From Gammaproteobacteria bacterium (GTDB taxonomy: Bacteria > Pseudomonadota > Gammaproteobacteria > SZUA-140): 64,000 bases of DNA. Where the stretch lies: contig JALSGV010000044.1 of the NCBI GenBank assembly GCA_026982565.1, forward strand, positions 8,506 to 72,505. The letters are read 5' to 3'. Both the position numbers and the translations under genes were made by a program. Shown piece by piece: positions 46,029-56,200 of this stretch (its first letter is position 1; the number at the start of each line of letters is the position of its first letter). The notes under the pieces were generated by a model. That model did no database searches and had not been told where the DNA came from. It saw only the letters and a program-made list of their open reading frames with translations.

Positions 46029-48038
46029 TCATTCATAAGTATGGAAAAAGCGCGTGATAAGCACATCCCGGCCCCGCTTTTCCACATCGATCTTCACCCG
46101 CCCCTTGACGGTCGTAATTGAAGGCTCCCCCTTCAGAAGCACCTTGACCTCGAAGCCCCCCTCCCCCTGGGCACGATCCTTCCCGCTTTGCGTCCATGTC
46201 AGGTCCTCGATAATAAACTGACGCTTTTCCGTTACTTCAAACAGCTCCCGATAGTCTCCGGCAATACCTTCTCTATCATTACGATCATTGGTGCGCGCAT
46301 CCTGGGCAAAAACACTCAATAACCCCCGCAGATCGCCCTCTTCATAGCTGCGCACAAAGACCCTCATCATGCTGTCCAGTTCTTCCTGTGGAATAGCTTC
46401 TATCCGGGGCGTTTCCATAAGGGGCGGCGGCGGTGGCAGACTGGCTATCCCCGTCACCGATTCGCCCCTGGATGGAACGTCGAATGTGGGAGCGGCGGAC
46501 TCCCCAGCGGGAAGCTGTTGGATTTTACCTTGCATCCCGGGTTGAACCGGCACGGCGGTGGGAACCGGTCCTGGAGCAAGCGGGACAGCAGGCTCCGCTG
46601 CCTTCATGGAAACAGCGGCGGGTTTCTCTACTTGCTTCTTAGCGGGTTTGCTTATCAGGGCCTCAACCCTTTTCTGCATCGGGGCGGGCACATTGACTGG
46701 AGCGGGCACGGGTGGCGTCTGAGATGTGCGCCGGGGCGACAAGGTCAAGCCGGTTACAACAGGCTCCTCACGGCGTTCGTCCGCGGGCGCCTTCTCTGTT
46801 GTAATTTTCTCCACGACCGGGGCTTCCTTCTTCTCCTCCACGACGCTCTGAAGCGGTTCTCTCTCCCCTTCAGACTGAGCAACGGGTCGTGAATCTCGCG
46901 GCTCCTCTTCCATTTCAGGGCTGGCTGGAACAGCGGCCTCCTCCTTAGGCACTCCCAATGGTTCCTTTTCCGGGGCCTCAGGAGAAATGGCTGCCGGGCC
47001 GACCGCATTCCCCGCAAGGACAGGCATTTCAGGCGCGGCCGCCGACGGCGCCCTTGCCGCGCCGGGATCCACCGTTCCATCTTCACTGAATAGCGCTGAC
47101 AACTGTCCCGGCGCTATCTGATATTCATAGACAGCCGCCAAAACGCCCACAAAGACAAGCAATGTGGCCAGTATCACCCCCCACCTGGCTGAAGAGCGGC
47201 CCCGGGACCTGTGCTGATAGGCTGCCTCGACTGCCGATCCAAGATCTTCATCGGCCACAATGGGAGCGATTTTGCTACTGCGCCTCCCTTCCTCTTCAAC
47301 GTCCGGCATCACAGGGGTGACCGGGGGCGCTGCCCGCACGCCCGCGTCGTTATAAGCGCGCTCAATACTGTCCGCAATAAAGGACTCTTCATCCTGAGCG
47401 GAGGCTACGGCGCTTGCCACGCCATTCTCACGAACTGCCGTTCCAGCTAACCCGCCCGGCAACGAAGCTCCGCTTCCGGCCACGCCTTCAGGCCGCGTTC
47501 CGGTTTGTTCAGGTTCATTTTTCTTTTTCACCTTGGCGAATGAAACGATGGAACGGGCAAAGGAATGCGTATCTTCCTTTTGTCTATTGATTTCCCCGCC
47601 GCCTGGCGATGGCCCAGCCTGGCGCAAATCATATTCGCGCCGTTTTGCAGGATCCCTCAGGATGGAATAGGCGCGGTTGATGCATTCAGCGAATTCGGCG
47701 CTCCACCCCTCCGCCATATCGTCCCTGTCCAGCATGAAAAGATGCATCAGCAAATGGTAGTGCCTGCGGATCTGCTCCTGGGTTGCGTGACGATCCACGC
47801 CCAAATGGCGATAATAGTCGCCACCCGGGACAAACAACACGCGCCCCACGAAGAAGGATGCCGCAGCCACCAATTCCTCGGATAGACGGCTTTCCGGATC
47901 CGCCGCGTCCTCGGCGGCAACCGTTTCCAGCAGCTTGCCGAGATCCTCGGGCAACGGCTTGTCCGGCCCGATCAGAGCAGCGAAATGCGAGGGGTCCTCG
48001 CGGAAATCCAGCACCAGCTGAAAGATGTCATATGTCAC
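46029..48038 (-). CDS. J-domain-like (degenerate HPD) membrane protein with Pro/Ala-rich linker and C-terminal NTF2/SnoaL-like domain
   Basis: 669 aa. N-terminal YYRHLGVDRHATQEQIRRHYHLLMHLFMLDRDD...INRAYSILRDPAKRREYD is J-domain-like, but HPD is replaced. One TM helix (WGVILATLLVFVGVLAAVY). Long PA-rich low-complexity region. C-terminal about 130-aa globular domain. Confidence 0.5.
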   Translation of the reverse strand: MTYDIFQLVLDFREDPSHFAALIGPDKPLPEDLGKLLETVAAEDAADPESRLSEELVAAASFFVGRVLFVPGGDYYRHLGVDRHATQEQIRRHYHLLMHLFMLDRDDMAEGWSAEFAECINRAYSILRDPAKRREYDLRQAGPSPGGGEINRQKEDTHSFARSIVSFAKVKKKNEPEQTGTRPEGVAGSGASLPGGLAGTAVRENGVASAVASAQDEESFIADSIERAYNDAGVRAAPPVTPVMPDVEEEGRRSSKIAPIVADEDLGSAVEAAYQHRSRGRSSARWGVILATLLVFVGVLAAVYEYQIAPGQLSALFSEDGTVDPGAARAPSAAAPEMPVLAGNAVGPAAISPEAPEKEPLGVPKEEAAVPASPEMEEEPRDSRPVAQSEGEREPLQSVVEEKKEAPVVEKITTEKAPADERREEPVVTGLTLSPRRTSQTPPVPAPVNVPAPMQKRVEALISKPAKKQVEKPAAVSMKAAEPAVPLAPGPVPTAVPVQPGMQGKIQQLPAGESAAPTFDVPSRGESVTGIASLPPPPPLMETPRIEAIPQEELDSMMRVFVRSYEEGDLRGLLSVFAQDARTNDRNDREGIAGDYRELFEVTEKRQFIIEDLTWTQSGKDRAQGEGGFEVKVLLKGEPSITTVKGRVKIDVEKRGRDVLITRFFHTYE

Positions 48039-48451
48039 TGTTTTAGTACTCCTCGGAATTTTCCGGGAAAACCTGTCCGTTATATACTATATCGACCCTG
48101 GGCCGCGCCCCTTGAACCCAGGTCGAATCCTGATTCTATCAAGGCCCACTACAAACATTCCATTTATTTCAAAACGTTAGCCTATGAGGCGGCAATACTT
48201 GGCAACCGGCTCCCCGCGGGCCAGTTCAGGCTTTATACGTGTCAGCCCCCTCAGAAAACTAGCGCGTTCCGAGCCACAGATCAACAAGCAACTGCTTCAC
48301 CCGCGAAACGTTAAAGATATTTACCGGCTTTGTCGATGGTGAAGCAGAGGTTGTAAATTTATTGCAGATAATTGCTATACTTGTATCCCTTGCACGCCAA
48401 GGCAGCGACCAAGAGACAAACAGCAAAATGCAATGATGGACGTCACAAGAT

Positions 48452-50380
48452 TTGGAGCAAATCCGAACCATGAATCGTGCGCTGAACGTAGACTATGGCT
48501 TTCCCGCCCATGATACGTTGTATCAAGTTTTTGAGACCAAGGCCAAAACAAATCCATCCGATGCCGCCATCGAAGCGCCAAGCAGGGAAGCGCTCGACTT
48601 TTGGAATCTCGGCAAGCATATCAACGCCACGATCGCCTGCCTGAACGAGGCCGGCATCGGCCGGAATGACCGGGTCGCACTGGTACTTCCCAATGGTCCT
48701 GAAATGGGTGCGGCTTTCCTGGCCGTAGGCGCTGCAGCCACCTGCGCGCCACTCAATCCCGGATATCGTAAAAGTGAATTTGAGTTCTTTCTGTCTGACC
48801 TCAACGCCAAGGCGCTCCTGATTCAGGCGGGCATGGACTCTCCGGCCAGGGATGTGGCTGCTGAACGCAAGATACCCATCATAGAACTTCAACCCAGTCT
48901 GGATGACCCGGCGGGCGTTTTCTCCTTACGCTGCGGCACCCGCCACACTATCAGTCATGGAGGACCCGCGCAACCCGGTGACATAGCCCTGGTCCTGCAT
49001 ACCTCCGGGACAACATCAAGACCCAAGATCGTCCCACTGACGCACCGTAACATCTGTACCTCGGCCCATAATATCGGCCTTACGCTTGATTTGAGCAGTA
49101 AGGACCGCTGCCTGAATGTGATGCCCCTATTCCATATCCACGGGTTGATCGCCGGGATCCTTTCTTCCCTGGCCGCAGGCGGGAGCACGGTCTGCATGAG
49201 TAAATTTTCAGCCGCGGGATTTTTCGAGTTGCTGCATCAGTACAAGCCCAGCTGGTACACCGCCGTACCCACCATCCATCAGACCTTGTTGTCCAAACTG
49301 GACGAACACCGGGATCAACTCGAAAATCATCGCTTGCGATTCATTCGTTCCTCGTCTGCCGCCCTGCCGCCACAGGTGATGGCCGATCTGGAAGAAGCAT
49401 TTGGCGTTCCAGTCCTGGAGTCCTATGGCATGACCGAGGCTGCACATCAAATGGCCAGTAACCCACTTCCTCCCCTGACCCGCAAACCCGGCTCGGCCGG
49501 CCTGGCTGCGGGACCGGAGGTCGCCATCATGGATGAAAAAGGGAACCTGCTGCCCCCTGGCGAAAAAGGGGAAATCGTTATTCAAGGCGACAATATCACC
49601 AGCGGCTACGAAGGCAACGAACAGGCCAATGCCGAAGCCTTTACCAATGGCTGGTTCCGCACCGGCGACCAAGGCTACCTCGATAATGAGGGCTATCTTT
49701 TCATAACCGGACGGCTCAAGGAAATCATCAACAGAGGGGGAGAAAAGGTATCACCCAGGGAAATCGATGAGCTTCTCGTAGAACACCCCGATGTCTCGCA
49801 GGCTGTCGCCTTCGCCTTGCCCCATCCCTCACTGGGTGAGGACATCGCGGCCGCTGTTGTCCTGCACGAAGGAGCGAACCTCACAGAGGCCGCATTACGC
49901 GATTATCTTTTTGGAAAGATCGCCGACTTCAAGATTCCCAGCCAACTGCTGATCGTCGACATGATCCCCAAAGGTCCCACGGGAAAGGTACAACGAATCG
50001 GGCTGGCGGAAAAGTTCTCCGATCTTTTGACCCGCGACCACCTTGCCCCTGAAAGCGACCTGGAAAAAACCATCGCCGATATAATCAAGGAGGTCTTGGG
50101 CGCGGAAAATATCAGCATGAACGACAATTTCTTCGCATTGGGAGGAGATTCCATTCGCGCGACCCAGGCAGCCGCGCGCATTCGCGCCACGTTCCAGGTT
50201 GAACTCCCCATCATTACCCTGTTCAGAAAACCTACAGTCATCGAACTTGCAAACGAAGTTGCCCACCTGACAGAGAATAAAGGCGATGATGACATCGCCG
50301 ATATCCTGGCTGAACTGGAATCCATGTCCGATGAAGACGCGGAGCGCTTGCTCAATGAACTGGATGACACGGGCCGCTGA
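48452..50380 (+). CDS. Acyl-AMP ligase / acyl-CoA synthetase-like adenylating enzyme fused to a C-terminal carrier protein (A-T didomain) with acidic C-terminal tail
   Basis: 642 aa. AMP-binding core (LVLHTSGTTSRPKIVPLTHRN; YGMTE; GWFRTGDQGYLDNEGYLFITGRLKEIINRGGEKV). C-terminal PCP (FFALGGDSIRATQ). Tail DDDIADILAELESMSDEDAERLLNELDD. Confidence 0.8.
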   Translation: MEQIRTMNRALNVDYGFPAHDTLYQVFETKAKTNPSDAAIEAPSREALDFWNLGKHINATIACLNEAGIGRNDRVALVLPNGPEMGAAFLAVGAAATCAPLNPGYRKSEFEFFLSDLNAKALLIQAGMDSPARDVAAERKIPIIELQPSLDDPAGVFSLRCGTRHTISHGGPAQPGDIALVLHTSGTTSRPKIVPLTHRNICTSAHNIGLTLDLSSKDRCLNVMPLFHIHGLIAGILSSLAAGGSTVCMSKFSAAGFFELLHQYKPSWYTAVPTIHQTLLSKLDEHRDQLENHRLRFIRSSSAALPPQVMADLEEAFGVPVLESYGMTEAAHQMASNPLPPLTRKPGSAGLAAGPEVAIMDEKGNLLPPGEKGEIVIQGDNITSGYEGNEQANAEAFTNGWFRTGDQGYLDNEGYLFITGRLKEIINRGGEKVSPREIDELLVEHPDVSQAVAFALPHPSLGEDIAAAVVLHEGANLTEAALRDYLFGKIADFKIPSQLLIVDMIPKGPTGKVQRIGLAEKFSDLLTRDHLAPESDLEKTIADIIKEVLGAENISMNDNFFALGGDSIRATQAAARIRATFQVELPIITLFRKPTVIELANEVAHLTENKGDDDIADILAELESMSDEDAERLLNELDDTGR

Positions 50381-50452
50381 CCACCTGCAACAAATCCAGA
50401 AACACCCATAAAACCGCTCGGCAGTGAAGAAGGAATACGCAAGGATAAATAA

Positions 50453-52195
50453 ATGAAAGATGCCGCCAGAAAAACGGCGCCTAGTGACTTCGCCAACAAG
50501 CTTGCCACGCTTTCTCCCGCCAAGCGCGCCCTGCTCGACAAGCTCTCAGCCAAGGGAAAGCATGGCGGCAACACCCTGATAGCCAAAACTCTCAGGAGAC
50601 TGGGTATCTCGCATGCCTACTGTCTGGCGGGAACACCCATCCACAAGACAATGGGCGCCTGCATCAAGGAAGGCATCCGTGTTCTGGGTGTTCGGCATCA
50701 GCAGGCCGCTGTCATGATGTCCCTGGCACACAATTACACCACGGGGAAAATGACTTCCATCGCCATGGCTTCTTTCGGTCCTGCGGTTACCAACATGGTT
50801 ACGGGCGTCCTCAACGCCAGGGACGATTGCTGGCCACTTATCGTTATCGGCGGAAGACAACCCATCGATACCCAGCATATGGGCTGCTTCCAGGATCTGG
50901 ACGCCATCCCCATATTCAGCCCCATCACAAAGTGGACGGCCGCCGTGAGAAAAACGGAAGACATCCCTGAATATCTCGAACGCGCCTATCATATCGCCAC
51001 AGAGGGGAGACCCGGCCCCGTCTATCTTGACATCCCCGTCGAAAGCCTTGAAAGGTCAGCCACGCTACCCCCAAGCCCGGCGCGGGAAACAGCTCCTCCA
51101 CCGACGGTAGATACACAAAAGATTAAGCTGGCAGCGGATCTCCTGAGCAAAGCCATGCGTCCGGCCCTGCTTCTGGGGAAAGGCATTCGCTGGTCTATGC
51201 CCACGGAGGAGCTGTCCCGGCTCATCGGGAAACTCAACATGCCTTTCTCTGCCTCACCCATGGGCAGGGGCTATCTCCCTGACGATCATCCTCTGTGTTT
51301 CAATGGGCTGTCCACGGACCTCCAGGGTGGCGCCGATACCGTGATCATGGTCGGCGCCCGCATGAACTGGACATTCCGCTTTGGAAGTGAACTCGCCAAG
51401 GACGCTAAATTCATCCAGATTGATATCTGCCCAGATGAAATCGGCAGAAACATTACGCCAGACATCGGCATCGTGGGTGACATAAAAACAGTTCTGCAAG
51501 CCCTGCTGGCGGAAATTGAACACAGCAACCCCGCGGACGCCATAACCAAAGACAGATGTTCATGGGTCGAACACATGGACGCCCGGCGGAAAGAAAGAAA
51601 CAGCCAGATGCAGGCGCTTTCAAACAGCGACAATATCCCCATTTCTCCTCACCGTATGTGCAGGGAGATACGCGACTTCCTTCCAAGGAACGCCATCGTT
51701 ACCGTGGATGGGAGCACCATAATGGCTGCCGTACAACAAGTGATACCCAGTTATCTTCCGGCCAGCAGACTCACGGCGGGCGTCAATGGGTGCATGGGCA
51801 CTGCCGTCCCCTACGCCATTGGCGCCAAAATCGCCAACCCGGAGCGTCCTGTTATCGCTATCAGCGGCGATTCCGGATTTGGATTCAACGCCATGGAAAT
51901 GGAAATGGCGGTCAGGCACAGGGTCCCCGTAATATTTATTGTCGCCAACAACGGCGGCATTGTCGGCTCCGTCTTCCAGAACATCGTTGCTCCCGACTAC
52001 ACGGAAAGAACTGCTCTTTTCGAGCCGGGCATTCGTTATGAAAAAATCATGGAGGCCTTTGGCGGCCATTACGAGAGCGTGAGCCGGGCGGAGGAAATTG
52101 GCCCCGCATTGGCCCGGTCCGCCAACTCCGGCCTGCCGGCATGTGTCAATATTTTCATCGATCCTGACGTCCCTCCACTGGATCATATGGGATGA
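50453..52195 (+). CDS. Thiamine-pyrophosphate-dependent enzyme of the acetolactate-synthase / pyruvate-oxidase family with a short basic N-terminal extension
   Basis: 580 aa. The three-domain ALS-like layout is alignable (GISHAYCLAGTPIH...ASFGPAVTNMVTGVLNA...RPGPVYLDIP; C-terminal TPP-binding GDSGFGFNAMEMEMAV...VANNGG). Confidence 0.8.
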   Translation: MKDAARKTAPSDFANKLATLSPAKRALLDKLSAKGKHGGNTLIAKTLRRLGISHAYCLAGTPIHKTMGACIKEGIRVLGVRHQQAAVMMSLAHNYTTGKMTSIAMASFGPAVTNMVTGVLNARDDCWPLIVIGGRQPIDTQHMGCFQDLDAIPIFSPITKWTAAVRKTEDIPEYLERAYHIATEGRPGPVYLDIPVESLERSATLPPSPARETAPPPTVDTQKIKLAADLLSKAMRPALLLGKGIRWSMPTEELSRLIGKLNMPFSASPMGRGYLPDDHPLCFNGLSTDLQGGADTVIMVGARMNWTFRFGSELAKDAKFIQIDICPDEIGRNITPDIGIVGDIKTVLQALLAEIEHSNPADAITKDRCSWVEHMDARRKERNSQMQALSNSDNIPISPHRMCREIRDFLPRNAIVTVDGSTIMAAVQQVIPSYLPASRLTAGVNGCMGTAVPYAIGAKIANPERPVIAISGDSGFGFNAMEMEMAVRHRVPVIFIVANNGGIVGSVFQNIVAPDYTERTALFEPGIRYEKIMEAFGGHYESVSRAEEIGPALARSANSGLPACVNIFIDPDVPPLDHMG

Positions 52196-53178
52196 GCAGG
52201 ACATCTAAAATATCTCAAGCCCAGGATCATACAGCATGTAAAACCGGGAGACAGAAAATGACTATTCACCAGTACGGCGAAAGATTAAGAGACACCACCA
52301 GGAACTCTGACATCACCACCTTCACAGGTGTCTATGATGTATTCTCTGCTTCCATCGCCGCGAAGTACAACGATGGAATCTTTGTCAGCGGCTTCGGCTT
52401 TGCAGCAAGCTTCTATGGCCTTCCAGACGTTGGGTTTATTGCGTGGCCGGACATGGTTTCCTACGTACAAAGAATGCGCACCATACTTCCCGACCATCAT
52501 ATCCTGGTTGATATCGACGACGGTTACTGTGATACGGAAGTGGCATGCCATGTTGTCTCGCTGCTTGAATCCGTAGGCGCATCCGGCATCATCATGGAAG
52601 ATCAGCTCAGGCCACGCCGCTGTGGGCATGTGGATGGCAAGCAGATCATGGAACTCGACCAATTCATGGCCAAACTGGACAAGGTCATGTCGGTGCGCCA
52701 GGATATTTTCGTCGTGGCGCGTACGGATGCATCGGATCCCGAGGACATTATCAAAAGGGTCAGGGCCTTCTCGAGCGCGGGAGTAGATGCCATTCTTGTC
52801 GACGGATTGCGTGATCTGCAATTTCTGAAAACCATAAAAAGCCAGTTTGATCAGCCGCTCATGTTCAACCAGATCGCTGGCGGAAAATCCCAGCCCTGCG
52901 ACCTAGATGAACTCAAGTCGCTGGGCGTCTCTCTTGTCAACTATAGCACCCCCTGCCTCTTTGCCGCGCAGACAGCTATTGAAGACACGATGAAATTTCT
53001 CCAGAAAAGCAACGGACGGCTTCCAGATCAGTCTCAGCAAAGAACATGCTTGTGCGAATGCAATGAGGTCTTGAGCGAAAACCTTTCCAGAAGAGACAAA
53101 AACAAGGAAACACTTCGGCCTCCCAGGCTCCAGGATGTGCAAATTTCCACGCCTCGCAAGAAACGGGCTGCGCTCTGA
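52192..53178 (+). CDS. Isocitrate lyase / PEP mutase-superfamily protein (methylisocitrate-lyase-like; not a PEP mutase)
   Basis: VDIDDGYC and IIMEDQLRPRRCGH (the ICL/MICL-type K/R-R-CGH catalytic loop), VVARTDA. It lacks the PepM-specific EDKx5NS motif. 4-bp overlap with the upstream TPP-enzyme gene. Confidence 0.75.
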   Translation: MSRTSKISQAQDHTACKTGRQKMTIHQYGERLRDTTRNSDITTFTGVYDVFSASIAAKYNDGIFVSGFGFAASFYGLPDVGFIAWPDMVSYVQRMRTILPDHHILVDIDDGYCDTEVACHVVSLLESVGASGIIMEDQLRPRRCGHVDGKQIMELDQFMAKLDKVMSVRQDIFVVARTDASDPEDIIKRVRAFSSAGVDAILVDGLRDLQFLKTIKSQFDQPLMFNQIAGGKSQPCDLDELKSLGVSLVNYSTPCLFAAQTAIEDTMKFLQKSNGRLPDQSQQRTCLCECNEVLSENLSRRDKNKETLRPPRLQDVQISTPRKKRAAL

Positions 53179-53213
53179 TGTCACAATTCATAAGCAGGAT
53201 CCAGAACACTTAA

Positions 53214-56200
53214 ATGTCCACCCTAGAGAACAAACTCGCGTCGCTCTCTTCTGAACAACGCGCGGCATTGGCAAAAAGACTGAAAAACAAACAGGGAAAG
53301 TCTGGCCAGTCTCCCTGCCGGGACAGCATCCCACAAAGACAGAGATCCGAGGACACGCCTCTTTCACACGCACAGCAACGTCTGTGGTTTCTGGACCAGA
53401 TGGACCCAGGAAGCCCCTTGTACAACCTGCACCTGACCCTTGACCTGAAAGGATCCTTGGATACCATCGCGCTACAGAAATCGCTCGATGTGATCATCGA
53501 GCGTCATGAATCCCTGCGAACCATTTTCAGGACGGAAAACAACCTAACGATCCAGAAAGTCCTGCCAGAGCACAGGCTACACATCAAAATCAGTGACCTG
53601 TCTCATCTTCCACCCTGGGAACGAGAGAAACAGGCCCGCAGCGTGATCATCGATGAAGCCAGCATTCCTTTCGACCTGTCGGATCGCCCGCCACTCCGCG
53701 CGTCTCTTCTAAAACTTGAAAAGGACCATCACGTCTTCTTCATAATAATCCACCATATTATCGTCGATGGATGGTCACTCGGCATATTTCAGGAAGAACT
53801 GGAAAAGCTCTATGATGGGTTCTGCAGAAACACTGTACCTGGCCTTCCCGACCTGCCCATCCAATACACCGACTTCTCCTTATGGCAGCGCGAATATCTG
53901 CAGGATCACATGATCGAGCGGCAATTTAATTATTGGCGTGAAAAAATGTCTGGCGCTGCGCCACTGCTCGACCTTCCCTCAGACAAACCCAGGCCCGCCG
54001 TCAAGACCATCAATGGCGCGCGCCAATCCGTCTTTATAGACGACATGCTGACCAGGAAATTGAATGAACTATGCCGGAAAGAGCAAGTCACGCTCTACAT
54101 GGTCCTATTAAGCGCCTACCAGATACTTCTGCACCGCTATTCCGGAAAAGACGATATTATCGTGGGATCACCTATTGCCGGGCGAATCCGGCCGGAATTC
54201 GAAAATCTGATCGGCTTCTTTGTCAACGCGCTTATCATGCGCACCGACCTTTCTGGAAACCCCTCCTTTCTGGAATTGCTGAAGCGTGTCCAGAAAACGG
54301 CGCTGGAGGCATATGACAACCAGGATATTCCTTTCGAAAAACTGGTTGAAAAATTGAAACCCCAGCGCAACCTGTCCTATTCACCCATATACCAAGTGGC
54401 ATTTGCCTTTCAGAACATGCACATCAAGCCGATCAGGCTGAGAAGGCTGAGCGTATCCACATTGGAAATCGACAGGGGCACTGCCGCTTTCGACCTCTCT
54501 CTGTTCGTTCTCAATACAGAACGTGGCCTGAAGGTCATGATGGAATACAACACGGATCTGTTCGAGCATCAGACAGCTGAACGCATGCTGGGTCATTACC
54601 TGGTACTACTCAACGCCATCGTGGAAACACCTGGGGAATCCATCGGCAAGCTTCCCCTCCTGAAAAAAGACGAGAGGGAAACGATGCTCTCCAGGTGGAA
54701 CCAAACCCAGGCTGACTACCCGCGTGACAAGAGCCTCGTCGCCCTGTTTCAGGAACAAGCCGGGATCGCCACCAGCAAAATCGCCGTAGCTAACGAGGAA
54801 GGCGGCTACACCTATGGCCAACTCAATGAAATGGCCAACCAACTGGCGCGCCATCTGATAGCACAGGGAGGCAGGCCTGGCGAAATCATTGGCCTGTGCC
54901 TGGACCGCTCCATTGAGATGTTTGTCGGCATGCTCGGAATTCTCAAGACAGGAGCGGCCTACCTCCCCCTTGATCCCGATTATCCCCGAGAAAGACTGAA
55001 GTTCATGGCCAGGGACTGCAATGTTTCAAGGGTTGTCACCCTGGAAAAACACCGGGATATCACCTCCGGGTTCCATACAAAAACGATTTCCCTCGATATG
55101 GAGTGGCATGAGATAGCCATCCAGCCCGGAGACAACCTGGATATAAATATCAATCCCGGGGACCTGTGTTACGTTATCTATACATCCGGCTCCACCGGGA
55201 TGCCCAAAGGGGTGCTCATCGAACATGGGAATATCGTCCACTCGACATGCGCCCGCATGGACTACTACCCTGATCCCGTAGAGCGTTTTATCCTTCTATC
55301 TTCATTCTCCTTCGACAGTTCCGTTGCGGGGATATTCTGGACCTTGTGCCAGGGCGGAACCCTGGTGCTTCCTGGTCAGGGCGACGAAAAGGACCTGCAC
55401 AAGATCGCCACCCTCATCCACCATCACCAGCCATCCCATATGCTATGCCTGCCCTCGGTCCATGGGCTGCTGCTGGATACGGCCTCACCCGGTCAACTTT
55501 CATCCCTGAGGACCGTTATCGTCGCAGGAGAAACCTGTCCGGTTTCTCTCGTGCAAAAACATGCCGAAAAACTTCCTCACAGCAGGCTCTATAACGAATA
55601 CGGCCCCACGGAAGGCACGGTATGGAGCACTGTTTACAGCGTTGACCTCCAGAACCCGCCGAGGCACCACATACCAATAGGGAAACCCATTCAGAATGTT
55701 CAGGCCTACATTCTGGACAAAAATCTGCAAGCTGTTCCCATAGGCGTCACGGGAGAGTTGCATATAGCCGGTGAGGGGCTGGCCAGAGGCTACCTGAACA
55801 ATGATGTCTACAACCGGACAAAATTTATCCGGCTACCCCTGCACGAGGGCGGAAGAAAAACCCGCCTGTACAAGACAGGCGACCTGGCCCGATACCTCCC
55901 TGACGGTAATATTGTCTATATGGGAAGAACAGACGCCCAGGTAAAGCTGAGAGGCTACCGGATCGAGCTGGGCGAAATAGAAAGCGCCATCGCCACCCAC
56001 CCGAAAGTCAGGGAAACAGCCGTCATTGTCCGCGAAGACAGGCCGGGAGACAAACGCCTCACTGCCTATATCGCGCCACGACAGGGCACGCAGCCAAACC
56101 AAGGCATGATCCGCGCCTATCTAGAGGAAAAACTTCCGGCGTACATGATCCCATCCACATTCGTTTTTATCGATGGATTCAAACTGACTCCCAACGGAAA

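Noticed and set aside
52192-53178. PEP mutase (phosphonate biosynthesis) call for the ICL/PEPM-family gene
   Set aside because: The catalytic loop is EDQLRPRRCGH (lyase type), not the PepM-diagnostic EDKx5NS. The adjacent TPP enzyme is ALS-like rather than a phosphonopyruvate decarboxylase.
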